Of a stretch of 63,791 bases of DNA, positions 7,751 through 16,335 are shown piece after piece. Numbering within the stretch: position 1 is the stretch's first letter; each line of letters begins with the position of its first letter. The position numbers were made by a program, and so were the translations under genes. The DNA is from Myxococcales bacterium (GTDB lineage: Bacteria; Myxococcota_A; Polyangia; Palsa-1104; SHYY01), in assembly GCA_023248875.1 (NCBI GenBank), contig JAHFDT010000001.1:1-63791 (forward strand). The letters are read 5' to 3'. Below the pieces are notes generated by a model. The model was not told the origin of the DNA and made no database searches. It saw only the letters and a program-made list of their open reading frames with translations.

Positions 7751-9250
7751 ATGCCCACCATAAAAAAGATCCTGATCGCCAACCGCGGTGAAATCGCCGT
7801 GCGCATCATCCGCGCCTGCCGCGAGCTCGATATCGCTGCCGTGGCGGTCTTCTCGGAAGCCGACCGAACCGCGCTCCATGTGCGCATGGCCGATGAGGCT
7901 TATCCCATCGGGCCGGCTCCTGCGCGGGAGAGCTACCTCGCCGCCGATAAGGTGATCGCCGCTGCCCGGAAGGCCGGGGCGGACGCTATCCATCCGGGCT
8001 ATGGCTTTCTCTCCGAACGCGCCGACTTCGCTCGCGCCGTCGCGGACGCCGGCCTGGTGTTCATTGGGCCGCCGCCCAGCGCCATCGAAGCCATGGGCAA
8101 CAAGACCCGCGCTCGGATCCATATGCAGAGCGCAGGAGTGCCCGTAGTACCGGGCAACAACGGCCCCGAAGGGCGCGGTTTCCCCTCCCCGCAAGCTGCG
8201 TTCGAGGCGGCGCGCCAAATCGGCTTTCCGGTGATGCTCAAAGCGGCGGCTGGCGGCGGCGGTAAGGGAATGCGCCTGGTCGCAGAAGAAAAAAAATTCG
8301 ACGCGGCGTTTCAGGGAGCTCAGCGCGAGGCAAAGAGCGCTTTTGGTGATGACACGGTCTATCTGGAGAAGGCCGTGATCCGACCGCGCCACGTCGAGGT
8401 GCAGATCTTTGCAGATACTCAGGGCCACGTGGTGCATCTCTTCGAGCGGGACTGCTCCATTCAGCGGCGCCACCAGAAGGTTATCGAAGAGGCGCCTTGC
8501 CCCGCGGTCTCGCCGGCGTTGCGCGCCCGCATGGGCGAAGTCGCTTGCCAGGCGGCGCGCGCGGTCGGTTACGTGGGAGCCGGCACCTGTGAATTCCTGG
8601 TCTCGGGCCAAGACTTCTACTTCCTCGAGATGAACACCCGTCTCCAGGTGGAGCATCCCGTGACGGAGATGATCACCGGTTTGGATCTCGTGCGCCTGCA
8701 GATCGCCGTGGCGGAGGGCAAGCCCCTGCCGTTTGCACAAGGCGACCTGACGCCGCAAGGTGCTGCCATCGAGTGCCGCGTTTATGCCGAGGATTCGGTG
8801 CGGTTTCTCCCCTCGCCGGGCAAGATCACCATACTGCGAACGCCGGGAGGCCCCTCGGTACGAGATGACTCTGGCGTCTATCCTGGCGCCGAGATCTCGG
8901 TCCACTACGACCCGATGATCTCCAAGCTCATCGTGTGGGGGGAAAATCGTCTGGCCGCGATCCGGCGGATGGCACGCGCGCTCGACGAGTACCAGATCGG
9001 GGGCATCAAGACCAATCTCGCATTTCACCGCCGGGTCATGCGCAACACCGCTTTCCGCGAAGGCGACTATGACACCGGCTTCATCGAGCGCCACAAGGCA
9101 GAGCTGTGCACGCCCACCGAAATCCCCTCCCATCTCCTCGACGATGCACTCGCGGCGGCCGCCATCCACGCGCTGGCTGAAGCGCCCCCAGTGCTGTCGA
9201 ATCCACCCACGAACGGGCCCTCGGCCTGGCGACGGGAGTTGCGGCGCTAG
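7751..9250 (+). CDS. accC: Biotin carboxylase (acetyl-CoA carboxylase subunit type)
   Basis: The ATG at 7751 gives MPTIKKILIANRGEIAVRIIRACRELDI. ATP-grasp motifs GGGGKGMR and EMNTRLQVEHPVTE are present. A C-terminal extension of about 50 aa goes beyond the usual end. Confidence 0.9.
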   Translation: MPTIKKILIANRGEIAVRIIRACRELDIAAVAVFSEADRTALHVRMADEAYPIGPAPARESYLAADKVIAAARKAGADAIHPGYGFLSERADFARAVADAGLVFIGPPPSAIEAMGNKTRARIHMQSAGVPVVPGNNGPEGRGFPSPQAAFEAARQIGFPVMLKAAAGGGGKGMRLVAEEKKFDAAFQGAQREAKSAFGDDTVYLEKAVIRPRHVEVQIFADTQGHVVHLFERDCSIQRRHQKVIEEAPCPAVSPALRARMGEVACQAARAVGYVGAGTCEFLVSGQDFYFLEMNTRLQVEHPVTEMITGLDLVRLQIAVAEGKPLPFAQGDLTPQGAAIECRVYAEDSVRFLPSPGKITILRTPGGPSVRDDSGVYPGAEISVHYDPMISKLIVWGENRLAAIRRMARALDEYQIGGIKTNLAFHRRVMRNTAFREGDYDTGFIERHKAELCTPTEIPSHLLDDALAAAAIHALAEAPPVLSNPPTNGPSAWRRELRR

Positions 9251-9993
9251 ATCCTCATCTCTTCCCAGCGCAGACGCAGGGCGGATGGTCCGGGATCGAT
9301 CAGCAGGCTCAACTTTCCCTGGATCGCCCGCTGGAATAGCTCCGCTGCCGCCACCAGTCCATGTTGGGTCTGTCCGCCGGTTTGCATTGCGATTTTGGCA
9401 GCAAAACGCTCGGCGTCCGCCAGATGCAAGAAAATCGGCAACTCGCGCTGGAACATCAACATCCCACCGCGCGGATGGCCGAGCGTGTAGACCGGGCGGG
9501 CGGCGATCCGACGTGCCACTTCACGTCCGCGGCCCGCGTCCAGTAGCGCCTGGAGCTGCGCGCGTTCATCGACCGAGGTCACGCCGCTCGCCAGCGAGGC
9601 CAGCTCTCCCGCATCGAGAGGCACCGAACGCGCGACATCGATCACCATCAATGCTCCCGGGTGCCCCGCCAAGAGTCGAAACAGCGCTCCCCCTTCAAAC
9701 TTCCTCCACAGCGCCCCTTCGTCACCCCACCAGCCGCGATCACGGCCCCCCTCGACCAGCACCGCTTCCGCTGGAAAAACCGGCAACACGGCGATGCCGA
9801 GGGGGACCGATTCGACCAGCGGCGCCGCGAACCCAGCCTCGGCGCCGCCGATCTGCACCGAGGTGCGACGCGAAACGGTCAAGCCGATGGCGGGCACCCA
9901 AACGGGTTCCGTCAAAAGCGCGACATGCAGTGCGTTGCGCGCCGACTCATCCGCCAGCACGGCCAACATCGCTTCGACGAGCGGAGGGTTCAC
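9247..9993 (-). CDS. Hypothetical protein (possibly SseB-like two-domain protein)
   Basis: 248-aa ORF whose ends overlap both neighbours by 4 nt. No motif was recognised with certainty, and the SseB-like impression is weak. Confidence 0.5.
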   Translation of the reverse strand: MNPPLVEAMLAVLADESARNALHVALLTEPVWVPAIGLTVSRRTSVQIGGAEAGFAAPLVESVPLGIAVLPVFPAEAVLVEGGRDRGWWGDEGALWRKFEGGALFRLLAGHPGALMVIDVARSVPLDAGELASLASGVTSVDERAQLQALLDAGRGREVARRIAARPVYTLGHPRGGMLMFQRELPIFLHLADAERFAAKIAMQTGGQTQHGLVAAAELFQRAIQGKLSLLIDPGPSALRLRWEEMRI

Positions 9994-10922
9994 ACCGTCT
10001 CCAAGAGCTCTTCCACCTCCCTGCGCATCGGACAGCCGCGCCGTCCCAGATCCCGCGTCTTCAGCGCCGCAGCAGCGGCAGCGAAACGCAGACAGCCATG
10101 CAGATCACGCCCCTCCAAAAGGGCTGCAATGAACCCCGCGCGAAAGGTATCGCCGCAGGCCGTGGTATCGAGGATCGGACCTGGGGGCCGCATCGCGGGG
10201 ACATGGAACTCCCACTTCTCCGCCAGGCCCGCGGCGCCATCGCTGCCCAACGTGACACACACGATCTGCGGTCCGAAGGACTTGAGCGCGCGGAGCCCAT
10301 GGTCCACGTGGCGCTCGCCCGCCAACTGCTCCGGCACATCGCGCGTCGTAATACAGACATCGACCTCGCGCAGGAGCGCCTCGATGCCCGGCACCGCGCG
10401 GTCGAGGTCGCAGGTCACGACTCGCCCCGCCGCACGCGCCGCACGCGCCGCCGCCACTGCGGCGTCGAGATGTGTCGCATCGACGTGTAGTACCCGACCG
10501 GCAGTGACCGTCCCCGGGGGCAGCTCCTCGGGCAACAGCACAGTCTTCGGATCCGCGAGGCCCGCCACGGTACGCTCCCCCTTCCCATCGACCAGCACCA
10601 GCGCCCGTCGGCTCCGCACTCCCGGCACCAGCCGGACCGCACTGACATCGACCCCCTCGGCCTCGAGACCGTCGAGGATCGACCGCCCCGCGGTGTCGTT
10701 GCCCAACTTGCCGATGAACGCGGCGCTCAGCCCCAGTCGACGGCAGGCCACGAGCGCCGTCGCCACCTGTCCGCCCCCCATTTTTTCGCGCCGCGTCGCA
10801 GCGAGTTTGCTCCCCGAGCGGATCGCTTCGGAGAGGACCCACATCTCGTCGAACGAGGCTTCGCCGAGTCCCACCACATCGAATGGCGCGGGCGTCGCGA
10901 GCCGCTCACGGATCGTCAACAC
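9990..10922 (-). CDS. PfkB-family carbohydrate kinase (ribokinase-like)
   Basis: 310-aa ORF with an N-terminal GLGEASFD...GGGQVATALV pattern. The PfkB signature 2 appears as DTTACGDTFRAGFIAALLEG. Confidence 0.8.
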   Translation of the reverse strand: MLTIRERLATPAPFDVVGLGEASFDEMWVLSEAIRSGSKLAATRREKMGGGQVATALVACRRLGLSAAFIGKLGNDTAGRSILDGLEAEGVDVSAVRLVPGVRSRRALVLVDGKGERTVAGLADPKTVLLPEELPPGTVTAGRVLHVDATHLDAAVAAARAARAAGRVVTCDLDRAVPGIEALLREVDVCITTRDVPEQLAGERHVDHGLRALKSFGPQIVCVTLGSDGAAGLAEKWEFHVPAMRPPGPILDTTACGDTFRAGFIAALLEGRDLHGCLRFAAAAAALKTRDLGRRGCPMRREVEELLETV

Positions 10923-11002
10923 GGAGGTAGAGTCGAGAGTCCAGCGACGCCTGTCAAGACCTTTGCTTGACGCGTAAGTGCCGATTACATATAAGTAAAG
11001 AT

Positions 11003-11506
11003 ATGGCTTTCACGATCATCGACAGCTGCACGGGCTGTAGCGCCTGCGAACGTCGCTGTCCGACCGCGGCCATCCACGGCATCAAAAAAGAGATGTACTA
11101 CATCGATGCCAACCTTTGCATCGATTGCGGAGCCTGCGGGGTCGTCTGCCCCGATGACGCAATCCTCGATACCGTCGGCGTGCTGTGCCAGCAGGTCAAG
11201 GCGCAGCAGCGCCCGAAGGCCTTCGTGCAGCTGGAAAAGTGCACCGGCTGTGTCTACTGCGTCAACTCCTGCCCGTTCGATTGCATCACCATGGAGCAGG
11301 CGCCGTCGCTACTCATCGGCGCGGGCGGAATCGCGACCACGGTGGCAGTGGTCGACCTCAAGAAGTGCACCGGCTGCACCTGCTGCGAGCTCGACTGTCC
11401 CTACGATGCGATCCACATCTGGCGGCAAGATGACGAGCGAGCCAAGGTACTCGACACGCACAATAAGCAGCTCTGGGGCGGTTCGTCTTCGACGGAAGCC
11501 GCGTAG
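11003..11506 (+). CDS. Poly-ferredoxin, 4 x [4Fe-4S] binding motifs
   Basis: The ATG at 11003 gives MAFTIIDSCTGCSACERRCP. Four CxxCxxCxxxCP clusters are present: CTGCSACERRCP, CIDCGACGVVCP, CTGCVYCVNSCP and CTGCTCCELDCP. Confidence 0.85.
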   Translation: MAFTIIDSCTGCSACERRCPTAAIHGIKKEMYYIDANLCIDCGACGVVCPDDAILDTVGVLCQQVKAQQRPKAFVQLEKCTGCVYCVNSCPFDCITMEQAPSLLIGAGGIATTVAVVDLKKCTGCTCCELDCPYDAIHIWRQDDERAKVLDTHNKQLWGGSSSTEAA

Positions 11507-12274
11507 TTGCCGGGCCCACCGGAGACACTCCCGGCTGAGCTTGATCCGGCCGAGCAGGCGTTTCGCGAGGGAGATTGGGCGCGTGCCAGGCAGCTTGCCA
11601 GCGCCCTCGCCGAGAGTCCGGGCGAACCCTCCACGGTATCGGCCGCGCGCGAATTCGTCAGCCGGTTCGCGCCCGATCCCATTTATGCCGGAATTCTCGT
11701 CACTGCACTCGCGCTATTCGGCCTCTGCCTGAGCTTGATCGGCTGCGCACCGACCCACAAGGCGCTTCAAGTGCACCCCTGGCGTACAGATGCCCCTCTC
11801 TCGGACTTCTTCCCGCTGCACGAGGGGGACACCTGGGGCTACGATCTCATCGACGAAGCGACCCATGATCGCGCCTTCCTGGTCAATCGCGTCGCCCACA
11901 GCGATGCCCAAAAGGCCACTATCCAGTCGGGTAGCAAAGTGACGCGCTACGATCTGCGCAGTGATGCGATTGTGCGCGCTGACTCCAACACGATGATTCT
12001 GCGATCCCCGCTCTCCGTCGGTACAACCTGGGAAGTTCCTGGCGGTCGCGCGACCATCACGGCCATCGATGCAACGGTTCCGACGGTCAACCGGAGCTAC
12101 CCTCGCTGTGTAGTGGTCGAAGAGGTGACCGAGGGTCGCCGCCTCGCCACCTCCTATGCAGAGGGCGCCGGCCCAGTGAAGATCGAAATCTATTCCCGCG
12201 ATCCGGCAGGCGAACATCTCGCCCAGCGTGGTCTTTTGCGCAGCTTCCGTCTTGGCTCCCAGCCGAGCCAATAG
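11507..12274 (+). CDS. Hypothetical membrane-anchored/lipoprotein-like protein
   Basis: 255-aa ORF with a TTG start directly after the ferredoxin stop. It has one hydrophobic segment with a Cys (ILVTALALFGLCLSLIGCAP). No recognisable domain. Confidence 0.5.
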   Translation: MPGPPETLPAELDPAEQAFREGDWARARQLASALAESPGEPSTVSAAREFVSRFAPDPIYAGILVTALALFGLCLSLIGCAPTHKALQVHPWRTDAPLSDFFPLHEGDTWGYDLIDEATHDRAFLVNRVAHSDAQKATIQSGSKVTRYDLRSDAIVRADSNTMILRSPLSVGTTWEVPGGRATITAIDATVPTVNRSYPRCVVVEEVTEGRRLATSYAEGAGPVKIEIYSRDPAGEHLAQRGLLRSFRLGSQPSQ

Positions 12275-12325
12275 TAGAACTACTTGACGCGTACGGCAGC
12301 CACGCGATACCTAGCCCGAGTCGCC

Positions 12326-12400
<75 letters not shown>

Positions 12401-12588
12401 AGGAACCACATCACGCGAGCCTCCTCCGGGGATCCTGGGGCGATGCACTCGATACTGGCCAGTCGGCTAGCCGGGTTACTTGACCCCAGCGCGGCGGATC
12501 AGTGGACCGCCACGAAACAAAAAATGCGTACTATTAAATGCTTGGGCTGTGGCACGACACTTGCCCTGCAGTCGTCCCGGAGGTTCTT

Positions 12589-13905
12589 ATGGATCGATCA
12601 TCGCTAATATTGTTGACCTGCGCGACGCTGCTGGTCGTTGGCAGTGTCGCTTATGCCGGACCCAAGGGAGTATTCGGTTCGCATTCGCAGCTTGGCGCCA
12701 CCCTGCGCGATCTGCGGCAGCCCGAACGTTCGAAGAGCCCCACCGTGCTCAAGCGACAGCCGATCCTGAATCGCCTGCACGCCCTGCTGTACGAAGCAGT
12801 GGCCGGCAAGAAAAACTCTGAGACGCGTTTGCGATCATTCGTTGCGAGTAAAGAGGCTGAATGGAGCAACGCGGCAGGTCACCCGATCAAGGTATCCGCT
12901 CTCAACGAACGGGATATTCCTCAGATCGAGTTGTATCGCGCACAAAAGTCGATCGCACTCACCCGGTTCGGTCGTACACCAGAAGAGGTCACTGATGGAT
13001 TTGTCGCGGCTCGTGGCAGCATCGATGGGATGCAGATTGCACCGCGTGACGTCTTCTATCAGAGATGGAAGCCGATCGGGAAACCGACGGGCGAGGTCTA
13101 TGTCATTGCACCCGGATTCCTCGAGACTGGGCGCAACTACCACGAAAGAGCGATGGAGTTGAACCGCCGTGGTGCCGACGTCATCATCATGGATCAACAG
13201 TGGGCGGGTTACACCAAAGGTGGATCGGCCGGCGGCATCGACCGAGCATTCGGCATCTCCAGAGACGTCGCTGCGGTGACCGCTTTCGCGTCACAGGTCG
13301 CCGAGCGCGAATACGGCGCAAACTCCGGACGCCAAGTCATCTTGATGGGAATCAGCATGGGCGGAGGCCCCGGCGTGGTGGGTGCGCTGACCCTCAATGA
13401 CGCTGGTCGCATTAAACTGGAGGGGGCCCAGATGCCCAAAGGACTTTCGGGCATCGCCGAATCTCCGTATTTTGCGACCACCCCTAACGCTTTGAACTCC
13501 CTCCTCGGCATTCTCGCAAAGATCCCTGGGGTGAATCGCGCCAAGCTCCCGGCCCTCGGGTTGCCGACTCTGACCCACGACAAGGTGGCACAAGCGAAGA
13601 TCGGTGATCACGTCTCGATCGAGGATATCCGTGGCCAGGCAAAGGCGCTCACCGCCGCGACCGAAGATTTAACTACGCTTCGGGGACTTCTCGCCTCCGG
13701 CGTGCGACCCATGGGAAAACTATTCATCTTGCACGCCGAGCATGATCCGCTCGCCTCTCCGGCAGCGGTGAAAGACATCGCGGGTCTCCTCGACCCGACT
13801 CGAAGCCAGCTCAAGCTGGTTTCCAGCAACAACCACGTGTTCGAAGAGACCCCCTCCGAGCAGAACCACTTCCGCGAGGGGCTGTCCTTCGTGCGCACGC
13901 GCTAA
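12589..13905 (+). CDS. Secreted alpha/beta-fold hydrolase
   Basis: The ATG at 12589 is preceded by GGAGG. The signal peptide is MDRSSLILLTCATLLVVGSVAYA. A nucleophile elbow GISMGG (GxSxG) and a late HAEHD motif are present. Confidence 0.7.
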   Translation: MDRSSLILLTCATLLVVGSVAYAGPKGVFGSHSQLGATLRDLRQPERSKSPTVLKRQPILNRLHALLYEAVAGKKNSETRLRSFVASKEAEWSNAAGHPIKVSALNERDIPQIELYRAQKSIALTRFGRTPEEVTDGFVAARGSIDGMQIAPRDVFYQRWKPIGKPTGEVYVIAPGFLETGRNYHERAMELNRRGADVIIMDQQWAGYTKGGSAGGIDRAFGISRDVAAVTAFASQVAEREYGANSGRQVILMGISMGGGPGVVGALTLNDAGRIKLEGAQMPKGLSGIAESPYFATTPNALNSLLGILAKIPGVNRAKLPALGLPTLTHDKVAQAKIGDHVSIEDIRGQAKALTAATEDLTTLRGLLASGVRPMGKLFILHAEHDPLASPAAVKDIAGLLDPTRSQLKLVSSNNHVFEETPSEQNHFREGLSFVRTR

Positions 13906-14146
13906 TCAGCTGGTTCAGCCCATCGACCCCACGCCCACAATGTTGAAGTTCGTCAGACGCCCTGTTCGAGATCGTCGGTCGGTACTGTGAATGAAGGAGC
14001 TGCCGCGCGTACGCGCGACGCTTCCTTCCACAACCCTCGAGATGACCACACCGTTCGTCCGAGAAGCTGTTGAACGAAACCGCGCTTCGCGCGGTAGCTC
14101 TCCCAGCATGGAGCGCATGTGGTACCTATCGTGATCGAGGGAAGGC

Positions 14147-14557
14147 ATGCGCGATGCGATCGAGACGCGGATCCAAGAGTTCCTGACTGATAACGATCCA
14201 AGGTTCGACTGGGTAAGGCCGGCGGTTCGGAAACACGGGTTTCTGCCGCTCTACCTCGGCTGGGTTGCGGCGCTCGGACTTCGACCGAACGGTTCTTTTG
14301 TACGGTGGGACCACGAGGATGATCGCGAGGTCGTGAAGCCTCTCTCCGATCCGTACTGGGAGCGCATGGCACTTTGTCAGGGGGCCAAGAAGTATCCGGA
14401 ACTCGGCTCTCTTATCCCCCAGCGTCCGTTACAGGCGCGCGACTGCGAGTCCTGCAGGGGGACCGGTCAGATTGAAGGCGCGCTGCAGATCATCTGTGCG
14501 TGCGGCGGGCTGGGTTGGATGCTCCCCGGGGAACAGCGAGGACCAGCACCAGGGTAG
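14147..14557 (+). CDS. Hypothetical small Cys-containing protein
   Basis: 136-aa ORF with acceptable high-GC codon usage. The C-terminal CESCRGTGQ...CACGGLGW resembles a DnaJ-type CxxCxGxG zinc knuckle. No further support. Confidence 0.4.
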   Translation: MRDAIETRIQEFLTDNDPRFDWVRPAVRKHGFLPLYLGWVAALGLRPNGSFVRWDHEDDREVVKPLSDPYWERMALCQGAKKYPELGSLIPQRPLQARDCESCRGTGQIEGALQIICACGGLGWMLPGEQRGPAPG

Positions 14558-14606
14558 ATATCCCGTTAGGCGACGGTAAGCGCTGATATTGGGCTGTTGA
14601 AATAGA

Positions 14607-14660
14607 GGCGTCCTCCTTGGACGGTCGAGTCGCAAAACAGCGACCACCAAGGAGGACGCC
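14607..14660. repeat. Perfect 14-bp stem hairpin abutting the integrase-remnant start codon
   Basis: GGCGTCCTCCTTGG (14607-14620) is the exact reverse complement of CCAAGGAGGACGCC (14647-14660). An inner GGTCG/CGACC pairing (14623-27 with 14641-45) extends the stem. The right arm contains the AAGGAGG Shine-Dalgarno of the ATG at 14661. Confidence 0.85.
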
Positions 14661-14810
14661 ATGGGACAGCTACGAGACCGAATGGAAGCAGATTTGCGAT
14701 TGACAGGCTACAGCCCGTCGACCCGGAAGATCGATCTCGGCCACGCGAGGCTCTTCGCCAAGGACCACATGCGCTCGCCCGCCGAGCTGAGCGAGGACCA
14801 CCTACAATTG
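14661..14810 (+). pseudogene. Tyrosine recombinase/integrase, N-terminal SAM-like domain remnant
   Basis: MGQLRDRMEADLRLTGYSPSTRKIDLGHARLFAKDHMRSPAELSEDHLQ matches the N-terminal core-binding domain of phage-type integrases. Similarity stops after about 50 aa and no catalytic R..HxxR..Y domain follows. Confidence 0.55.
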
Positions 14811-14874
14811 AAAGGCTTCGCTGATATCGACCCTTTGACGCGTCCGTTGCCGCACGGGACGGAGGTGAGCACGC

Positions 14875-16335
14875 GTGTCGATCGAATCGTTGGAGAGCGG
14901 CGTGTTGCGGTGTGCGGCGATTCTCGCGGGATGCGACGAGCACGGCACAGCAATTGAAAGGCCACCCTGCGTGCGCCTCGGCTACGATCGCGGAACCATC
15001 GTCCTCCACGAAATTCCAAGTGGGCTTCGGCCGCTCGAGTGGCCAGGGATCGCTTGGGATTTTCGCAGCTCGAACTATCGCGCGCCCGCCTTTCGGCATC
15101 GTGATCTCATTACTTATGCCAAGCAGCATGAGGTGCGGATTACGGACGAAATCCGGCCGGCCGGCCGGAATCCGGACAGCTGGATCGCATCAGAGCTTCG
15201 CCCCTATCAAGAGGCAGCCCTCCATGCATGGGACCTGGCAGGTCGTCGGGGATTGGTCGTACTTCCCACCGGGAGCGGCAAAACGCGAGTTGCCATCGCC
15301 GCGATGGTGCAGACTCGATTGGCGACGCTGTGCTTGGTTCCAACTCGTGCGCTGCTACATCAATGGCGCGAAGAGATCTCGCGCTACTACCAGGGATCGG
15401 TGGGGCTGCTTGGTGATGGTGTTTTCGATCCACAGGCGATCACTGTATCGACGTTTGAAAGCGCCTATCGTCATATCGATCGGATCGGAAATCACTTCGA
15501 TTTATTGATCGCCGACGAAGCGCACCATTTTGGTTCCGGCAGCTACGACGAAGTGCTCGAAATGTCGGTGGCTGACGCACGGCTGGGGCTTACCGCAACG
15601 CCCCCTGCGAGCATGGCCAAGATCGAACAGCTCATCGGCGCAGAGGTGTTTCGCCTGGCCATCGATGATCTGGCCGGACGGTTCTTGGCGAACTTCGACA
15701 CCGTGACTCTCAACCTCACGCTTACCGTGGAGGAGCACGATCGCTACCAGACACTGATTGCCGAGTTTCGCGCGGAATTTCAGCCCTACCGCCTGCAGCA
15801 TCCAGAATGTCAATGGGAGGACTTCGTCCGCACCGCGATGGCCAGTGCCATGGGGCGCCGATCGCTCACAGCGCATCGCCTCGCGCGCCAACTGGTTGCC
15901 TACACCGAAGGCAAACGCCGCGCGGTGAAGGACATTCTTGCGCGCCATCAAGAGGCCAAAGTGCTGATCTTCACGGCCGACAATGCGACGGCCTATGCGA
16001 TTGCCCGCGAACGGCTGATCATGCCGCTCACCTGCGATATCACGCGTACCGAACGCGAGGAAGCATTGGCATCATTTCGCGAGGGATCACTGAAAGCGCT
16101 CGTCTCCGCGCGCGTGCTCAACGAAGGGATCGATGTTCCCGATGCCAGCGTAGCGATCATCGTCGGTGGAGCACTTGGCGAACGGGAGCATGTTCAGCGC
16201 ATCGGCCGGATTCTGAGGCCGTCACCAGGAAAAGAGCGAGCGGTTGTCTACGAGCTCGTCACGCGAGCGACCAACGAAATCTTTCAATCGCAGCGCCGAA
16301 GGGCGGGCCTCCATGCCAGTCGCGATCCCTTGTGA
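14875..16335 (+). CDS. XPB/Ssl2 (ERCC3/RAD25)-type SF2 DNA helicase
   Basis: The GTG start is preceded by GGAGGTGAG. The N-terminal damage-recognition-like domain reads LGYDRGTIVLHEIP...WDFRSSNYRAPAF. Helicase motifs LRPYQEAAL, LPTGSGKT (Walker A), DEAHH, LGLTATP and QRIGRILR are present. Confidence 0.85.
   Translation: MSIESLESGVLRCAAILAGCDEHGTAIERPPCVRLGYDRGTIVLHEIPSGLRPLEWPGIAWDFRSSNYRAPAFRHRDLITYAKQHEVRITDEIRPAGRNPDSWIASELRPYQEAALHAWDLAGRRGLVVLPTGSGKTRVAIAAMVQTRLATLCLVPTRALLHQWREEISRYYQGSVGLLGDGVFDPQAITVSTFESAYRHIDRIGNHFDLLIADEAHHFGSGSYDEVLEMSVADARLGLTATPPASMAKIEQLIGAEVFRLAIDDLAGRFLANFDTVTLNLTLTVEEHDRYQTLIAEFRAEFQPYRLQHPECQWEDFVRTAMASAMGRRSLTAHRLARQLVAYTEGKRRAVKDILARHQEAKVLIFTADNATAYAIARERLIMPLTCDITRTEREEALASFREGSLKALVSARVLNEGIDVPDASVAIIVGGALGEREHVQRIGRILRPSPGKERAVVYELVTRATNEIFQSQRRRAGLHASRDPL

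Noticed and set aside
7643-9169. 508-aa minus-strand ORF antisense to accC. Similar long shadow ORFs occur at 9069..10490 (+), 9661..10977 (+), 30421..31086 (-), 34392..35468 (-), 35066..36370 (-), 39286..40494 (+), 39921..40916 (-) and 55271..56032 (+).
   Set aside because: They overlap genes with unmistakable conserved motifs on the other strand or frame. Their translations are Arg/Ala/Pro/Gly-rich low-complexity sequence, typical of stop-poor alternative frames in high-GC DNA.
7751-9250. Biotin carboxylase without an adjacent accB or carboxyltransferase gene, considered as an anomaly
   Set aside because: Stand-alone accC-type genes serving carboxylases encoded elsewhere are common. Nothing in the sequence itself is unusual apart from a modest C-terminal extension.
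13906-14146. Small ORFs and palindromes (GCGCGTACGCGC; ACCGCGC-TTC-GCGCGGT) in the gap after the alpha/beta hydrolase gene. The 13953..14372 minus ORF was also considered.
   Set aside because: The ORFs are short or overlap the better-looking plus-strand ORF 14147..14557, and they have poor composition. The palindromes are short and GC-driven. There is not enough to call a gene, terminator or regulatory site.
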